Shown: piece after piece, positions 28,511 through 38,709 of the stretch
Position numbering within the stretch: position 1 is the first letter of the stretch
Layout: the number at the start of each line of letters is the position of its first letter
NCBI GenBank assembly: GCA_963758295.1
Contig: CAVWUU010000006.1
Location: forward strand, 1 to 64,000
Direction: 5' to 3'
DNA: 64,000 bases
From: Candidatus Eremiobacteria bacterium
GTDB taxonomy: Bacteria; Vulcanimicrobiota; Vulcanimicrobiia; Vulcanimicrobiales; Vulcanimicrobiaceae
Notes under the pieces: model-generated
Told to the model about the DNA's origin: nothing
Databases searched by the model: none
The model's input: the letters and a program-made list of their open reading frames with translations, nothing else
Made by a program: the position numbers and the translations under genes

Positions 28511-31500
28511 GTGTGGTTGACACGCTTCGCCCTTAGCCGTCCGGTGATCACTTTAATGGTCTTCGGCGCGCTTGTGCTTTTCGGCCTGATTTCGTTTTCA
28601 CAACTTGGCCGAAGCTCGAACCCGCCGAATACGAACTTCCCGGTGGTCGTCGTATTCGCCGGCTATCCCGGCGCGTCTCCGCAAGACATGGAGCGCATGG
28701 TCATCAAACCGATCGAAGACCAGATGGGCGGGCTCGAAAATCTCGATCAGATTTCGGCGACCGCGCAAGAAGGCACCGCGGCCGTCGTCATCCAGTTCAA
28801 GATGGGCACAAACATCGATCTTGCGGCTGTCGACGTGCAGCGCCGCGCGGATACCGCTCGCATCTACATGCCGAACGACATGAATCCGCCGACGGTAAGT
28901 AAGGAAGGTCAGTCCGAACCGCCGCTGCTGGATTTAGCTGTTAGCTCGAAGTCCTTGTCGCAGCCGCAGATCGCCGACGTGCTCAGTACGTCGGTCACGC
29001 CCCTCATCGAGCAGATTCCGAACGTGCAGACCGTGGACGTATACGGATCGGCCGATCGCGAATTTCACGTCGAGCCGAATCCGGGGCGCCTGATCGGCGT
29101 GAACGGAACGCTCACCGACGTTTTGAGCGCGGTCGAGCAAAACAACTTGAACGTTCCCGGCGGTATCCTCACGCAGCCGACGCAAGAAGGCACCGTTGCC
29201 ATTCACGCCTACATCAACAACGCGGACGATATTCTCGGCATTCCGTTGAGCGTGCCGTTCTCCACCAACCGCAACTTGAAAGTCGGCGATGTCGCGAACG
29301 CGTACGATAGCCACATCGAGATGCGCTCGATTTCGCACTACAACGGGAAGCCGCGCGTCTACATGGCGATCAATCCGGTGCTAAACGCGGATCAGATCAA
29401 GTCGACGAAGCTGCTCCGCGAGCGGCTGAAAGCCATCGAAGCACAGTTTCCGCAACTGCAGTTCAACGAAATCGATTCGCCGGCCGACTACACCGCGAAG
29501 ATGCTGTGGGGCGTCGGACAGTCGCTGATCGAAGGCATCATTTTAACGGCTATCGTCATGATGCTCTTCCTGCATGCGTGGCGCAACGCCGCCGTCGTCA
29601 TGGTGGCGATCCCGACTTCGATTCTCGCAACCTTCATCGTGATGCAATTCTTCGGATTCCATATCGACTCGATGTCGATGATGGGGCTTTCGCTTATCAT
29701 CGGTATTCTGGTCGACGACTCCATCGTCGTCTTGGAAAATATCACACGACATCGAGATTTGGGCGAGGATCCGATGAGTGCCGCAATCAACGGCCGTAGT
29801 GAAATCGGCGGTGCGGCAGTCGCGATTACCATGGTCGACGTCGTCGTCTTCCTTCCGATCGCGTTCTTGCCGGGCATCGTCGGCTCGTATCTCAAGGAGT
29901 ACGGTCTCGTCGTGGTCACCGCGACGCTGTTCTCGCTGCTCGTCTCGTTCACGCTGACGCCGCTCTTCGCCGCGTTCTGGAGCGTCAAGCGCCGCTCCGA
30001 AGCGCCGCCGAAATGGCTCTCGGCCCTTGACGATCGCCGCATCGACGTCGGCCTCGGCCTTCTCGCGGTCGCCATGTTCCTCACGGGCAACGTTACCGGC
30101 TGGTTCTTGCTGAACGTGCTCGGTGTGTTCATTGTCGCGTTGCTGCTGCTCAACGCGATAGTACATCGCTACGACTGGATTCTCTCGGTTTACCGCAATA
30201 AGCTCTTGCCGTTCGCGCTCGAACACGGCGCCTTCGTCGTCTTCGTGTGCGTAGCGCTCCTGTTGAATGCCATGTCGCTCGTAGCCGGCGCCGGTATGGC
30301 GACGGTCGTAATCGACGGCATTATCCTGGCCGTCTGCGCGCTCTTCCACATCATCGGACTGGTGATTCGAGTAGCGTCGCCGAACGGGCTCGCCGGCGGA
30401 TCGAACTGGTTCATGAATGCAACGTTCGGGGTGCTGCGTTACATCCGTTCGCTCGGAACGACGCTCGGTACGACGATCGCCACATTTGCGTTGCTGCCGC
30501 TCTTCGCGGCCTGCTTTGGACTGCTCGGCGGCGTGAGCTTCGACTTCATGCCGGCGCAGCAGACCGGCGAGATCGACATGACGGTCACGTACGCGCCCGG
30601 CACGCCGATTGCAGCGACCGACAAGTACGTCGTCAATCTGGAGAACGCGATTCTCAAAATCGACGGGATCAAGTCGGTGAGTTCCACGGTCGGCCGCAAA
30701 CCCTCCGGGTGGGGAAGCTCGACGGGCGGTAACTACGCGACTCTCAATGCGACCATGAAAGACGACCGGATCAAGGATACGAACCATGCGGCGGCCGCAA
30801 TCCGCAAGCTCGCGTATCTTGTTCCCGGCGCAGAATTCAACGTGGCAGGCGATACCGGAAACGGATCGGCGATCTTCTATTCGCTCACCGGGCCCGAAGA
30901 CCAAATTGGGCCCGCAGCAGAGAAAGTCGCGCAGTTCTTACGGAGCGAACCGGGTTCCGTCAACGTTCAAACCAGCGTCGAAAACGGTGCGCCTCGTCTC
31001 AACGTCGACGTGGATCGCGGCAAGTGCTCGATGCTGGGCGTGAATCCCGCGGACGCGGCGAACGTGGCGCGCATCGCCGTCGACGGTGCGGTCGCAACCA
31101 AGGTTCGCACGCAAACGGGACTCGTGGACGTACGCGTCCAGTTCCCGCAAGTCAATCGCAACACCGTCGAGCAACTAAAAGACGTACGCGTGCGCGCACA
31201 AGATGGGACGCTGGTGCCGCTCGGCTCCATTGCAACCTTCACGTGGACGAAAGCGCCGACGAAGATCGAGCGTTTGAATCGTCAGCGCGTCGTGAACGTT
31301 CTTGGCGACATTCTTCCCGGATACTCGCTCGGCCAAGTTACCGGACCGCTCGAGAAGAAGATGCACGAGCCCGGCTTCTTGCCGCAGGGCGTGGGCCTCA
31401 CCGCCCAAGGCAACTCGCAATTCATGAGCGAGACGATGGCCAACATGGGTATCGCTCTGGTACTCTCGTTCGTCCTGGTCTACATGCTGATGGTGATTCT

Positions 31501-32083
31501 CTACGGAAGCCTCCTCGAACCGTTGATCGTCATGTTCTCGGTTCCGGTGGCACTCGTCGGTGCGCTGACGTTGCTCGCGCTAATGGGGCGTTTGCAACCT
31601 CAACAGGGACAGTCGCTAAACATTATCTCGATGCTCGGAATCGTGATGCTTTTCGGCCTCGTGGCGAAGAACGGCATTCTGCTCGTCGACTACTCGAACA
31701 CGCTGTGGAAGCGTGGCATGCGCGTGCGCGACGCCGTGCTGCAATCGGCAGCAACGCGTTTCCGTCCGATCGTCATGACGACGGCGGCGATGATCTTCGG
31801 CATGCTTCCGCTTGCGCTCGGCTACGCCGAAGGCGGTGAGTGGCGTCAAGCGATGGGCACCGTCATCATCGGCGGTCTGATGAGCTCTCTGATTCTCACG
31901 CTCTTCCTTGTGCCCATGATTTACAACACGTGGATGAGCGCGCTGGAACGCCGCAAAGACCGCCGAAGCGGTCGAGGCAGAGCTTGCGCCGATCGACACG
32001 GCCGCGGCGCGAGCCTAAACCTTCAATCTCCCCACGAAAGCAAGCGGGCCGCACCTAAGCGGCCCGCTTTGCGTTCCTGGTAA
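28511..32083 (+). CDS. RND efflux transporter (AcrB/HAE-like) with extra TM segment; true stop probably 32018 (indel near 31965)
   Basis: RPV, YPGASP, IGILVDDSIVVLEN, GLVAKNGILLVD, RFRPIVMTT; SD AAGGAG before GTG 28511. Confidence 0.93.
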   Translation: MWLTRFALSRPVITLMVFGALVLFGLISFSQLGRSSNPPNTNFPVVVVFAGYPGASPQDMERMVIKPIEDQMGGLENLDQISATAQEGTAAVVIQFKMGTNIDLAAVDVQRRADTARIYMPNDMNPPTVSKEGQSEPPLLDLAVSSKSLSQPQIADVLSTSVTPLIEQIPNVQTVDVYGSADREFHVEPNPGRLIGVNGTLTDVLSAVEQNNLNVPGGILTQPTQEGTVAIHAYINNADDILGIPLSVPFSTNRNLKVGDVANAYDSHIEMRSISHYNGKPRVYMAINPVLNADQIKSTKLLRERLKAIEAQFPQLQFNEIDSPADYTAKMLWGVGQSLIEGIILTAIVMMLFLHAWRNAAVVMVAIPTSILATFIVMQFFGFHIDSMSMMGLSLIIGILVDDSIVVLENITRHRDLGEDPMSAAINGRSEIGGAAVAITMVDVVVFLPIAFLPGIVGSYLKEYGLVVVTATLFSLLVSFTLTPLFAAFWSVKRRSEAPPKWLSALDDRRIDVGLGLLAVAMFLTGNVTGWFLLNVLGVFIVALLLLNAIVHRYDWILSVYRNKLLPFALEHGAFVVFVCVALLLNAMSLVAGAGMATVVIDGIILAVCALFHIIGLVIRVASPNGLAGGSNWFMNATFGVLRYIRSLGTTLGTTIATFALLPLFAACFGLLGGVSFDFMPAQQTGEIDMTVTYAPGTPIAATDKYVVNLENAILKIDGIKSVSSTVGRKPSGWGSSTGGNYATLNATMKDDRIKDTNHAAAAIRKLAYLVPGAEFNVAGDTGNGSAIFYSLTGPEDQIGPAAEKVAQFLRSEPGSVNVQTSVENGAPRLNVDVDRGKCSMLGVNPADAANVARIAVDGAVATKVRTQTGLVDVRVQFPQVNRNTVEQLKDVRVRAQDGTLVPLGSIATFTWTKAPTKIERLNRQRVVNVLGDILPGYSLGQVTGPLEKKMHEPGFLPQGVGLTAQGNSQFMSETMANMGIALVLSFVLVYMLMVILYGSLLEPLIVMFSVPVALVGALTLLALMGRLQPQQGQSLNIISMLGIVMLFGLVAKNGILLVDYSNTLWKRGMRVRDAVLQSAATRFRPIVMTTAAMIFGMLPLALGYAEGGEWRQAMGTVIIGGLMSSLILTLFLVPMIYNTWMSALERRKDRRSGRGRACADRHGRGASLNLQSPHESKRAAPKRPALRSW
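32042..32071 (+). terminator. Hairpin terminator after the RND gene
   Basis: AAGCGGGCCGC-acctaa-GCGGCCCGCTT, perfect 11-bp stem. Confidence 0.7.
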
Positions 32084-32134
32084 ACAACTGAGACTTGAGG
32101 AATATTCACAAGGCGCTTGGGTACAACGCGAACG

Positions 32135-33199
32135 ATGAACAGCAAGATTGCACGCCGTCCGGCGATTGCCGCCATGCTCTCCGCAGCAGTTCTAGGTGCG
32201 AACGCCGCATCGATGGTTCCCGCTTCGGCCGCATCGGTTTCCGTCATCGTGAACGGCCAACAAATCACCTTCGACCAGCCGCCGGTGGAACGCGCCGGGC
32301 GCGTGTTCGTACCGCTGCGCGGCGTCTTCGAGCATCTCGGTGCCAGCGTCGTATATCAGGCCGGGTTAATTAACGCCACGGGGAACGGGCGGAACATTTC
32401 GCTGCACATCGGTTCCCAGCAAGCAACGGTCAACGGACAAACGCAGTCGCTTGACGTCGCGCCGTTCTTGATCGGAGCGCGAACGCTCGTGCCGCTGCGC
32501 TTCGTCGCGCAAGCCCTCGGCGCCGCGGTCGACTGGAACAACTCGACTTCGACGGTTACCATTACGGGCGGCGGCTCGAACGGTGCTCCGGCACCGCAAC
32601 AAAATCAGTCGTTCTATCTTTCGAACAAGCGTCCGGAATCCGCAGTAAACACCGGCTCCCCGGCAATTCACGCGGAATTCAGCGAACCGGTTCGCCGCAA
32701 CACGATGCGCGTCGCGATCGACGGAAACGACGTGACGAACGATGTTTATGCAAACGCGAACGGCTTTGACGTGACGCCTCGCAATCCGTTGAGCCAGGGC
32801 ACGCATCACGTAACCGTCACCGGCACGACGCAAGCCGGCTCGTCGTTCAGCACCGGATGGCGTTTCACCGTTGGCTCGTCGTCCTCGTCGTCCAATAACT
32901 TCATCGGCCGCATCTCGCCGGCCGCAAATGCGAACGTCGGAGGAAGCTTTACGCTGACCGGCCGTACGATGCCGAATTCGCACGTCCATGTCGTCGCGAG
33001 CGGTCAGGCGAGCGCGTTCGGCGGCTTGCTCCAAGTCGGCACGGGCACGTTCCAGACGGACACGACTGCCGACAACAACGGCAACTTTAGCGTGAATATC
33101 GCGACCAACGCCGCAAACGGCGGACAGTTGCGCGTGCTCGTTCAATCGATCGCCCCGAACGGCTCGTCGGTCGAACGCTCGATCACGTATACCTACTAA
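32135..33199 (+). CDS. Secreted protein with copper amine oxidase N-terminal (stalk) domain and Ig-like domains
   Basis: Signal peptide; GRVFVPLR-x-x-FE-x-LGA and RTLVPLRFVAQALGA-x-V-x-W; beta-rich C-terminus. Confidence 0.88.
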   Translation: MNSKIARRPAIAAMLSAAVLGANAASMVPASAASVSVIVNGQQITFDQPPVERAGRVFVPLRGVFEHLGASVVYQAGLINATGNGRNISLHIGSQQATVNGQTQSLDVAPFLIGARTLVPLRFVAQALGAAVDWNNSTSTVTITGGGSNGAPAPQQNQSFYLSNKRPESAVNTGSPAIHAEFSEPVRRNTMRVAIDGNDVTNDVYANANGFDVTPRNPLSQGTHHVTVTGTTQAGSSFSTGWRFTVGSSSSSSNNFIGRISPAANANVGGSFTLTGRTMPNSHVHVVASGQASAFGGLLQVGTGTFQTDTTADNNGNFSVNIATNAANGGQLRVLVQSIAPNGSSVERSITYTY

Positions 33200-33219
33200 G
33201 GTTTCTCATCCGGCGGGGG

Positions 33220-33253
33220 GAGAAAGCCCCGGCGCTAAAGCCGGGGCTTTCTC
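33220..33253. terminator. Perfect 14-bp inverted repeat, probable terminator
   Basis: GAGAAAGCCCCGGC-gctaaa-GCCGGGGCTTTCTC. Confidence 0.7.
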
Positions 33254-33276
33254 ATGCTGTTGCGAAATACGGCACG

Positions 33277-33906
33277 ATGCGAATTGACGTCTGGACGGAC
33301 ATCGTCTGTCCGTGGTGCTACATCGGGATAACGCGGTTCGAACGCGCGCTGGAAAGTTTCGGCGGCGCGGTGGACATTCGAATCCATCCTTTCCAGTTGG
33401 ATCCGCAAGCGCCCATTCCCGGAGTTCCCGCGCCTGAGCGATACGCGGAAAAATTCGGCAGTGAGGCGCCGGCGATTCTCGAGCGCGTTACGTCCGAAGC
33501 GGCCAAAGACGGCTTGGAAATGCGCTTCGACAAAGCACTTACGGCGAACACGTTCGACGCTCACCGGGTGTTGTGGTTTGCGCGCGCATCGGGGAAAGAC
33601 CGGGCACTCGAGATGTCGCTTTACCGCGCCTATTTCAGCGAGGGATTGGATGTGAGCGACCGCGCCGTTCTGACGGCGCGCGCAGCGGAATGCGGGCTCG
33701 ATCGTGATGCGGTCGCCGTGTACCTCGAGGGCGACGACGGCGTGGACGAAGTGCGCGGGGAGTTGGTCGACGCTTTCGAACGCGGCATCTCGGGCGTTCC
33801 GGCATTTCTGTTCGAGGAAGAGTTCCTGATTCCGGGGGCGGTCGACATGCCGACCTTCGTACGAATCTTGGAACAGATGCGCGCGATGCACGTCGCCGGG
33901 TCATGA
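33277..33906 (+). CDS. DsbA/FrnE-family oxidoreductase
   Basis: D-x-VCPWCYIG, PFQL-x-P, NTFDAHR, GISGVP. Confidence 0.92.
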   Translation: MRIDVWTDIVCPWCYIGITRFERALESFGGAVDIRIHPFQLDPQAPIPGVPAPERYAEKFGSEAPAILERVTSEAAKDGLEMRFDKALTANTFDAHRVLWFARASGKDRALEMSLYRAYFSEGLDVSDRAVLTARAAECGLDRDAVAVYLEGDDGVDEVRGELVDAFERGISGVPAFLFEEEFLIPGAVDMPTFVRILEQMRAMHVAGS

Positions 33907-34661
33907 AGCGCCGCGCATTGATAACCGGAGCTGCGAGCGGTCTCGCGGCGGGCGTAGCCGCGCATCTTGCACGCAATGGCTTCAGCGAAATCGCCATTAC
34001 GTATCGCAGCACGCCACCGGACGAAACGCTGAGGGCAATCGAGAAAGCCGGCGCGCGAGGCGGCGCATCGCCGGTCGATTTTTCGGCTGCTGAGAGCGAA
34101 GTCGCCGAACAACTCGACGATTTGGTGAAAGCACACGGCCCGTTCGACACGTTGGTGCACGCGGTCGGCCCGATCGTCGTAAAGCGCTTCGCGCGATTGA
34201 ACGCAGATGATTACCGCGAAATGTTCGACGGAAACGTTCGCAGCGCGGTGCAAACCGCCAACGCGGTTCTTCCCGGAATGCGCGCCGCGGGATTCGGACG
34301 CATCGTCTTCTTTGGAATGAACGGTTCGTCGGAAACGCGCCCGTACCGCGGCTTTACCCTTTATGGGGCGGCGAAGAGTGCCGTCGTGGCGTTTGCGCGT
34401 TCGCTGGCGATCGAAGAAGCGCGCGACGGTATTACGGTCAATGTGATCGAGCCCGGCGACATTCGCGACAAACGTATCACGCGGTTGGATGCGCGAGAAA
34501 AAGCCGGACCCGCGCCGTGTGGCCGGCCCGGAAGTTATGAGGACATTGCGGACGTCGTGGCGTTTCTCGTCGCGCCCGAGCGCGACTTCGTCACCGGTTC
34601 GGTCATCGCCGTTACCGGGGGGTTGATGGAGGCCGACGAGCGAAACGCGTCCCGTCCATGA
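33903..34661 (+). CDS. Short-chain dehydrogenase/reductase
   Basis: ALITGAASGL, YGAAK, ITVN-x-I-x-PG, VTGG. Confidence 0.92.
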   Translation: MKRRALITGAASGLAAGVAAHLARNGFSEIAITYRSTPPDETLRAIEKAGARGGASPVDFSAAESEVAEQLDDLVKAHGPFDTLVHAVGPIVVKRFARLNADDYREMFDGNVRSAVQTANAVLPGMRAAGFGRIVFFGMNGSSETRPYRGFTLYGAAKSAVVAFARSLAIEEARDGITVNVIEPGDIRDKRITRLDAREKAGPAPCGRPGSYEDIADVVAFLVAPERDFVTGSVIAVTGGLMEADERNASRP

Positions 34662-37219
34662 AATATCGCGACGATTCCGATGGGCACCGAGCTTTCGCGC
34701 TGCCCGGTGCTCGCCTGCAGTACGGCCCGGACAAGCGCGTCGAAGTGCAGCACATCGACTTGCGCCTCGAGCCGCATCTCGCGGCACGTGCCTTGGATGG
34801 CGTTTGCACCACTACCGTGCGCGCTCTCGATGAACCCGTCGACCGGCTGAGGCTTAACGCCGTCGACCTTCAGATTTCATCGGCTGAACGCGACGGCAAA
34901 GCTCTGGAATTCGAACGCCGGAACGGCACTGTTTCGGTCGTGTTCGACCCTCCGCTCGACCCCGGCGAAAGCACGTCGTTTGCGCTGACGTATCGCGTAG
35001 AGAATCCGCGTCATGGGTTGTTTTTCATTGAGCCGACTGCGCAGTACCCCGACAAGCTTGCGCATGCGTGGACGCAAAGCCAAGACGAAAATGCGCGCTT
35101 CTGGTTTCCGTGTCTTGACTACCCGCATTCGAAGCAGACGACATCCGCAACGATCGTCGTTCCGAAGGGGCACTTCGCGCTTTCGAATGGAGCGCTTGTG
35201 GAGCGCAAAGATGACGGCGACAAAACGATCTTTACGTATCGCCAAGACGTTCCGCACAGTACGTACCTGATGACCCTGGTTGCCGGACCATTTGTGGAAG
35301 TCGACCAAGGGACGGCCGGCGAGCGCAAGATTCCCGTGTCGTACTACGTGTTGCCCGGACGCGAAGACGACGGCGATCGTGCCTTTCACAACACGCCACG
35401 AATGGTCGACGTTTTTGAGCAGCGCACCGGCACTGCGTATCCGTATGCGCGCTACTCGCAGATTGCCGTCTCCGATTTCATTTTCGGCGGTATGGAAAAC
35501 ACGTCGGCGACGACGCAGACCGACCGGACGCTGCACGACGAAACCGCGCATCTCGACTTCTCGAGCGATCCGCTCGTTTCGCACGAACTCGCGCATCAGT
35601 GGTTCGGCGATCTCCTCACGTGCCGTGACTGGTCGCATGCCTGGCTGAACGAAGGCTTTGCGACGTATTTCGAGTGCGTCTGGCGCGAAGCAGACCTCGG
35701 CTATGACGAATACCTCTACGACGTGTTCGGCTGTGTTTCGCGTTACATCGATGAGGACAGTCACCGCTATCGCCGACCGATCGTCTGCAACCGCTTCCGC
35801 GATCCGATCGAGCTTTTCGACCGGCACCTTTACGAAAAAGGCGGCGCGGTGCTGCACATGCTTCGCGGTGAATTGGGCGACGCGCGTTTCTGGCGGTCGA
35901 TTCGTGCCTACGTCGCTGAAAACGCGAAACGGAACGTCGAAACGATCGACTTTATCCGCGCGATCGAAGATGCAACCGGACGCAACGTGCGCGGCTTCTT
36001 CGATCAGTGGGTTTTTCGCGGCGGTCATCCGGAGCTCGAAGTAAATGTCGCGTGGGACGGCGAGCGAAAAGCGGCTACCGTGACGATCGATCAAAAACAA
36101 AAAGTCGACGAAGAGAATCCCGCATACAAGTTCGATCTTGTGTTGGGTTTCTGCGCAGCCGTCGCGGAGAAACCTGCGAACAATGCCGGGAGCGGTTTGC
36201 TTGAAGGCGAGCGGCGCGTTCGCATTACGATCGAAGGCCAGCACGAGACCATCACGATTCCGCTGGATGCGGAGCCGAAGCTCGTACGCATCGATCCGGG
36301 CGCTTTCGTGCTCGGCAGCGTCAAATACGTCACGGCGGTCGATTTCAATGTCGCTACGCTTCAGGGCGACGCCGACGTCGTCGCGCGTATTCGTGCGGCC
36401 CGAGCGCTTGCGAAAGACGGTTCCCAACCGGCGAGAGAGGCTTTGAAGAAGGCCTTTACCGCCGATCCGTTCTGGGGCGTCTTGGAAGAAGCCGCGGGCG
36501 CGCTCGGCGGCACGAAGGCGCCGTGGGCTCGCGAGATCTTGCTTGAAGCGTTGAGCCACGAGCATCCCAAAGTGCGCCGCGGCGTAGCGGCTGCGCTCGG
36601 TAACTTCCGCGATGCATCGGTTGCCGAAGCTTTGATCGCGCCGGCGACCAACGATGCTTCATACTTCGTGCGCGCTGCTGCGTTATCGTCGCTCGGAAAG
36701 ACGCGCGATGCGCGCGCCTTCAAGGTGCTTTCGCACGCGGTACAGGAGTCGTCGTGGAACGGCATCGTCGCGGCGGGCGCCGCGCGCGGCCTTGCGGAAC
36801 TTGCGGACGAGCGTGCCGTGCCGGCGATCGTAGAAGCGACGAAGCTTGGACGCGATGAGGGTTTACGCCGTTCGGCCGTCGCTGCGCTGGGACGAGCCGG
36901 CGAACTTATAACCGAAGCTCGAACGCAAGTCGTCGACGTTTTGAATGGCTTGGTGGACGACCCGATGTTCCTTGTGCAACTCGCTGCCATAGCAGCGGCG
37001 GAAGCGCTGGAAGATCCGCGTCTGCTTTCTTCGCTAGACCGCCTCAGTGCGAGCGCCTTCGACGGACGAGTACGCCGCGACGCTATGGAAGCGGCCGTGC
37101 GCATTCGTGAAGCGCAAAAAGTTCCATCTCAAGTCAGCGCCATGCGCACGGATATCGATTTACTACGTGAAGAACAGCGTAAGCTCCAGGAGAAGATCGA
37201 AGCGCTCTCGCGGGCGTAA
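34658..37219 (+). CDS. pepN: M1-family aminopeptidase N with HEAT repeats and C-terminal coiled coil
   Basis: GGMEN, HELAHQWFG...WLNEGFATY, YEKG; HEAT repeats. Confidence 0.95.
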   Translation: MKYRDDSDGHRAFALPGARLQYGPDKRVEVQHIDLRLEPHLAARALDGVCTTTVRALDEPVDRLRLNAVDLQISSAERDGKALEFERRNGTVSVVFDPPLDPGESTSFALTYRVENPRHGLFFIEPTAQYPDKLAHAWTQSQDENARFWFPCLDYPHSKQTTSATIVVPKGHFALSNGALVERKDDGDKTIFTYRQDVPHSTYLMTLVAGPFVEVDQGTAGERKIPVSYYVLPGREDDGDRAFHNTPRMVDVFEQRTGTAYPYARYSQIAVSDFIFGGMENTSATTQTDRTLHDETAHLDFSSDPLVSHELAHQWFGDLLTCRDWSHAWLNEGFATYFECVWREADLGYDEYLYDVFGCVSRYIDEDSHRYRRPIVCNRFRDPIELFDRHLYEKGGAVLHMLRGELGDARFWRSIRAYVAENAKRNVETIDFIRAIEDATGRNVRGFFDQWVFRGGHPELEVNVAWDGERKAATVTIDQKQKVDEENPAYKFDLVLGFCAAVAEKPANNAGSGLLEGERRVRITIEGQHETITIPLDAEPKLVRIDPGAFVLGSVKYVTAVDFNVATLQGDADVVARIRAARALAKDGSQPAREALKKAFTADPFWGVLEEAAGALGGTKAPWAREILLEALSHEHPKVRRGVAAALGNFRDASVAEALIAPATNDASYFVRAAALSSLGKTRDARAFKVLSHAVQESSWNGIVAAGAARGLAELADERAVPAIVEATKLGRDEGLRRSAVAALGRAGELITEARTQVVDVLNGLVDDPMFLVQLAAIAAAEALEDPRLLSSLDRLSASAFDGRVRRDAMEAAVRIREAQKVPSQVSAMRTDIDLLREEQRKLQEKIEALSRA

Positions 37220-38702
37220 GCGCGGGTTCTTTGCAGTCCTTACGATCCTCGCCGTCATCATCGGCGGCATTTGGATCGCGCGGGGATTGCATCGAAACGC
37301 TCCGCACACCGCCATTGCGAACGCCGCCCCTGTCCCAACCCCGCATCCGGCACCGCCCGCCGCGCCGTGGAGCCCGTCTCAACAAGCGCAACTGCGTTCC
37401 CAATTGCGCGAAGCTTTCGGTCCGGCGATCGACGGCATAGATTCGTACAGCCTCGTAGTCATCGATGCGACGGGGCGCGTTTTGTACGACGCCCGTTCGT
37501 CGCACGCAGTGACCCCCGCCTCGGTGCAGAAGCTCGTCGTTGCCGATGCCGCCTTGAATTTGCTCGGACCGTCGTTTCGCTTTCACACGATCGCGGCGGC
37601 GCAGCGTTCCATCGACTCGAGCGGCACGCTCGACGGAAACTTATGGATCGTGGGATCGGGCGATCCGTCGTTACGCAGCGACGATCTTCGGGAAGGCGTC
37701 GCGACGCTGAAGCGTTTGGGCTTGAAGGGCCTCACCGGGCGCGTCGCCGTCGATCCGTCCGCAATGCGCGGTCCCGAAATCAATCCCCATTGGAGCGCGG
37801 ATGATGCCAATGAAGATTTTCAGACCGCAACGAGCGCGATTTCGCTTGACGGCGACACCGCGGAGTTTCGTGTATTCGGCGGTGCGCCGGGCGAATCTGC
37901 ACGCATTAATATCGTTCCGAAGAGCGGAGTGATTCATACATCCGGTTCGGTCACGACGAGCAGTTCGGACAACGTCATCATCGCTGCCATGGAGACGCCG
38001 AACACGTTCCGGTACGGCGGCACCATTCCGGCGTATACGGAAGAGAAGTTCTGGCTCCCGGTTCACGATATTCCTGACTACGTCGGTTCCGTGGTCGACC
38101 GTATGCTTCGCGATGCGGCGGTGACGCCGTCGGCGCCGCCCACCGTCGAATCGGCTCCGCTCGACACGATCGTGCTTTGGGATCATCGTTCGGCTCCTCT
38201 TACCGTGATCGAGAAGCACATGCTATACGTGTCGGACAACCACTACGCCGAACAGTTATTGCGTTCTGTGGGCGGCGACGCCGGCGCGCGCGCCGACGAC
38301 ACCGACGGCATCACCGCCGAAATGCAATTCCTTCACTCGCGTTCCATTCCGACACCCGGCATGCGACTCTTCGACGGAAGCGGCCTCGCCGAAGCAAATC
38401 GCATTGCCGCGATCACGCTTGCTCGCATTTTGAGCGACGCGGAGCTGCGGGACGGCGGTATGGAACTCGAACCGTTGCTTCCGCAGGGCGGTAAGGACGG
38501 CACGCTCAAACACTACGACTTCACGACGGCGATTGGACGGGTGCGCGCGAAAACGGGACATTTGAGTGACGCTGCTTCACTTGCCGGGTACGTCGATACG
38601 AGACACCACGGCAGGCTGGCATTCGCCTTCATGATCAACGGGTCGCCCGGCGATCCCGATGCAGCCTACGTTCGCGCCGTCGACCGCCTCGCCGGCTTTT
38701 AA
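37167..38702 (+). CDS. dacB: D-Ala-D-Ala carboxypeptidase/endopeptidase PBP4 (peptidase S13)
   Basis: PASVQK (SxxK), GSGDP, SDN, DGSGL, AKTG; N-terminal TM; start inferred at GTG 37167. Confidence 0.92.
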   Translation: MKNSVSSRRRSKRSRGRKRGFFAVLTILAVIIGGIWIARGLHRNAPHTAIANAAPVPTPHPAPPAAPWSPSQQAQLRSQLREAFGPAIDGIDSYSLVVIDATGRVLYDARSSHAVTPASVQKLVVADAALNLLGPSFRFHTIAAAQRSIDSSGTLDGNLWIVGSGDPSLRSDDLREGVATLKRLGLKGLTGRVAVDPSAMRGPEINPHWSADDANEDFQTATSAISLDGDTAEFRVFGGAPGESARINIVPKSGVIHTSGSVTTSSSDNVIIAAMETPNTFRYGGTIPAYTEEKFWLPVHDIPDYVGSVVDRMLRDAAVTPSAPPTVESAPLDTIVLWDHRSAPLTVIEKHMLYVSDNHYAEQLLRSVGGDAGARADDTDGITAEMQFLHSRSIPTPGMRLFDGSGLAEANRIAAITLARILSDAELRDGGMELEPLLPQGGKDGTLKHYDFTTAIGRVRAKTGHLSDAASLAGYVDTRHHGRLAFAFMINGSPGDPDAAYVRAVDRLAGF

Positions 38703-38709
38703 GGATGGA

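Noticed and set aside
31960..32083. Basic C-terminal extension of the RND pump
   Set aside because: It runs through a terminator hairpin; an alternate frame ends naturally (AVEAELAPIDTAAARA*, stop 32018), so an indel is likely.
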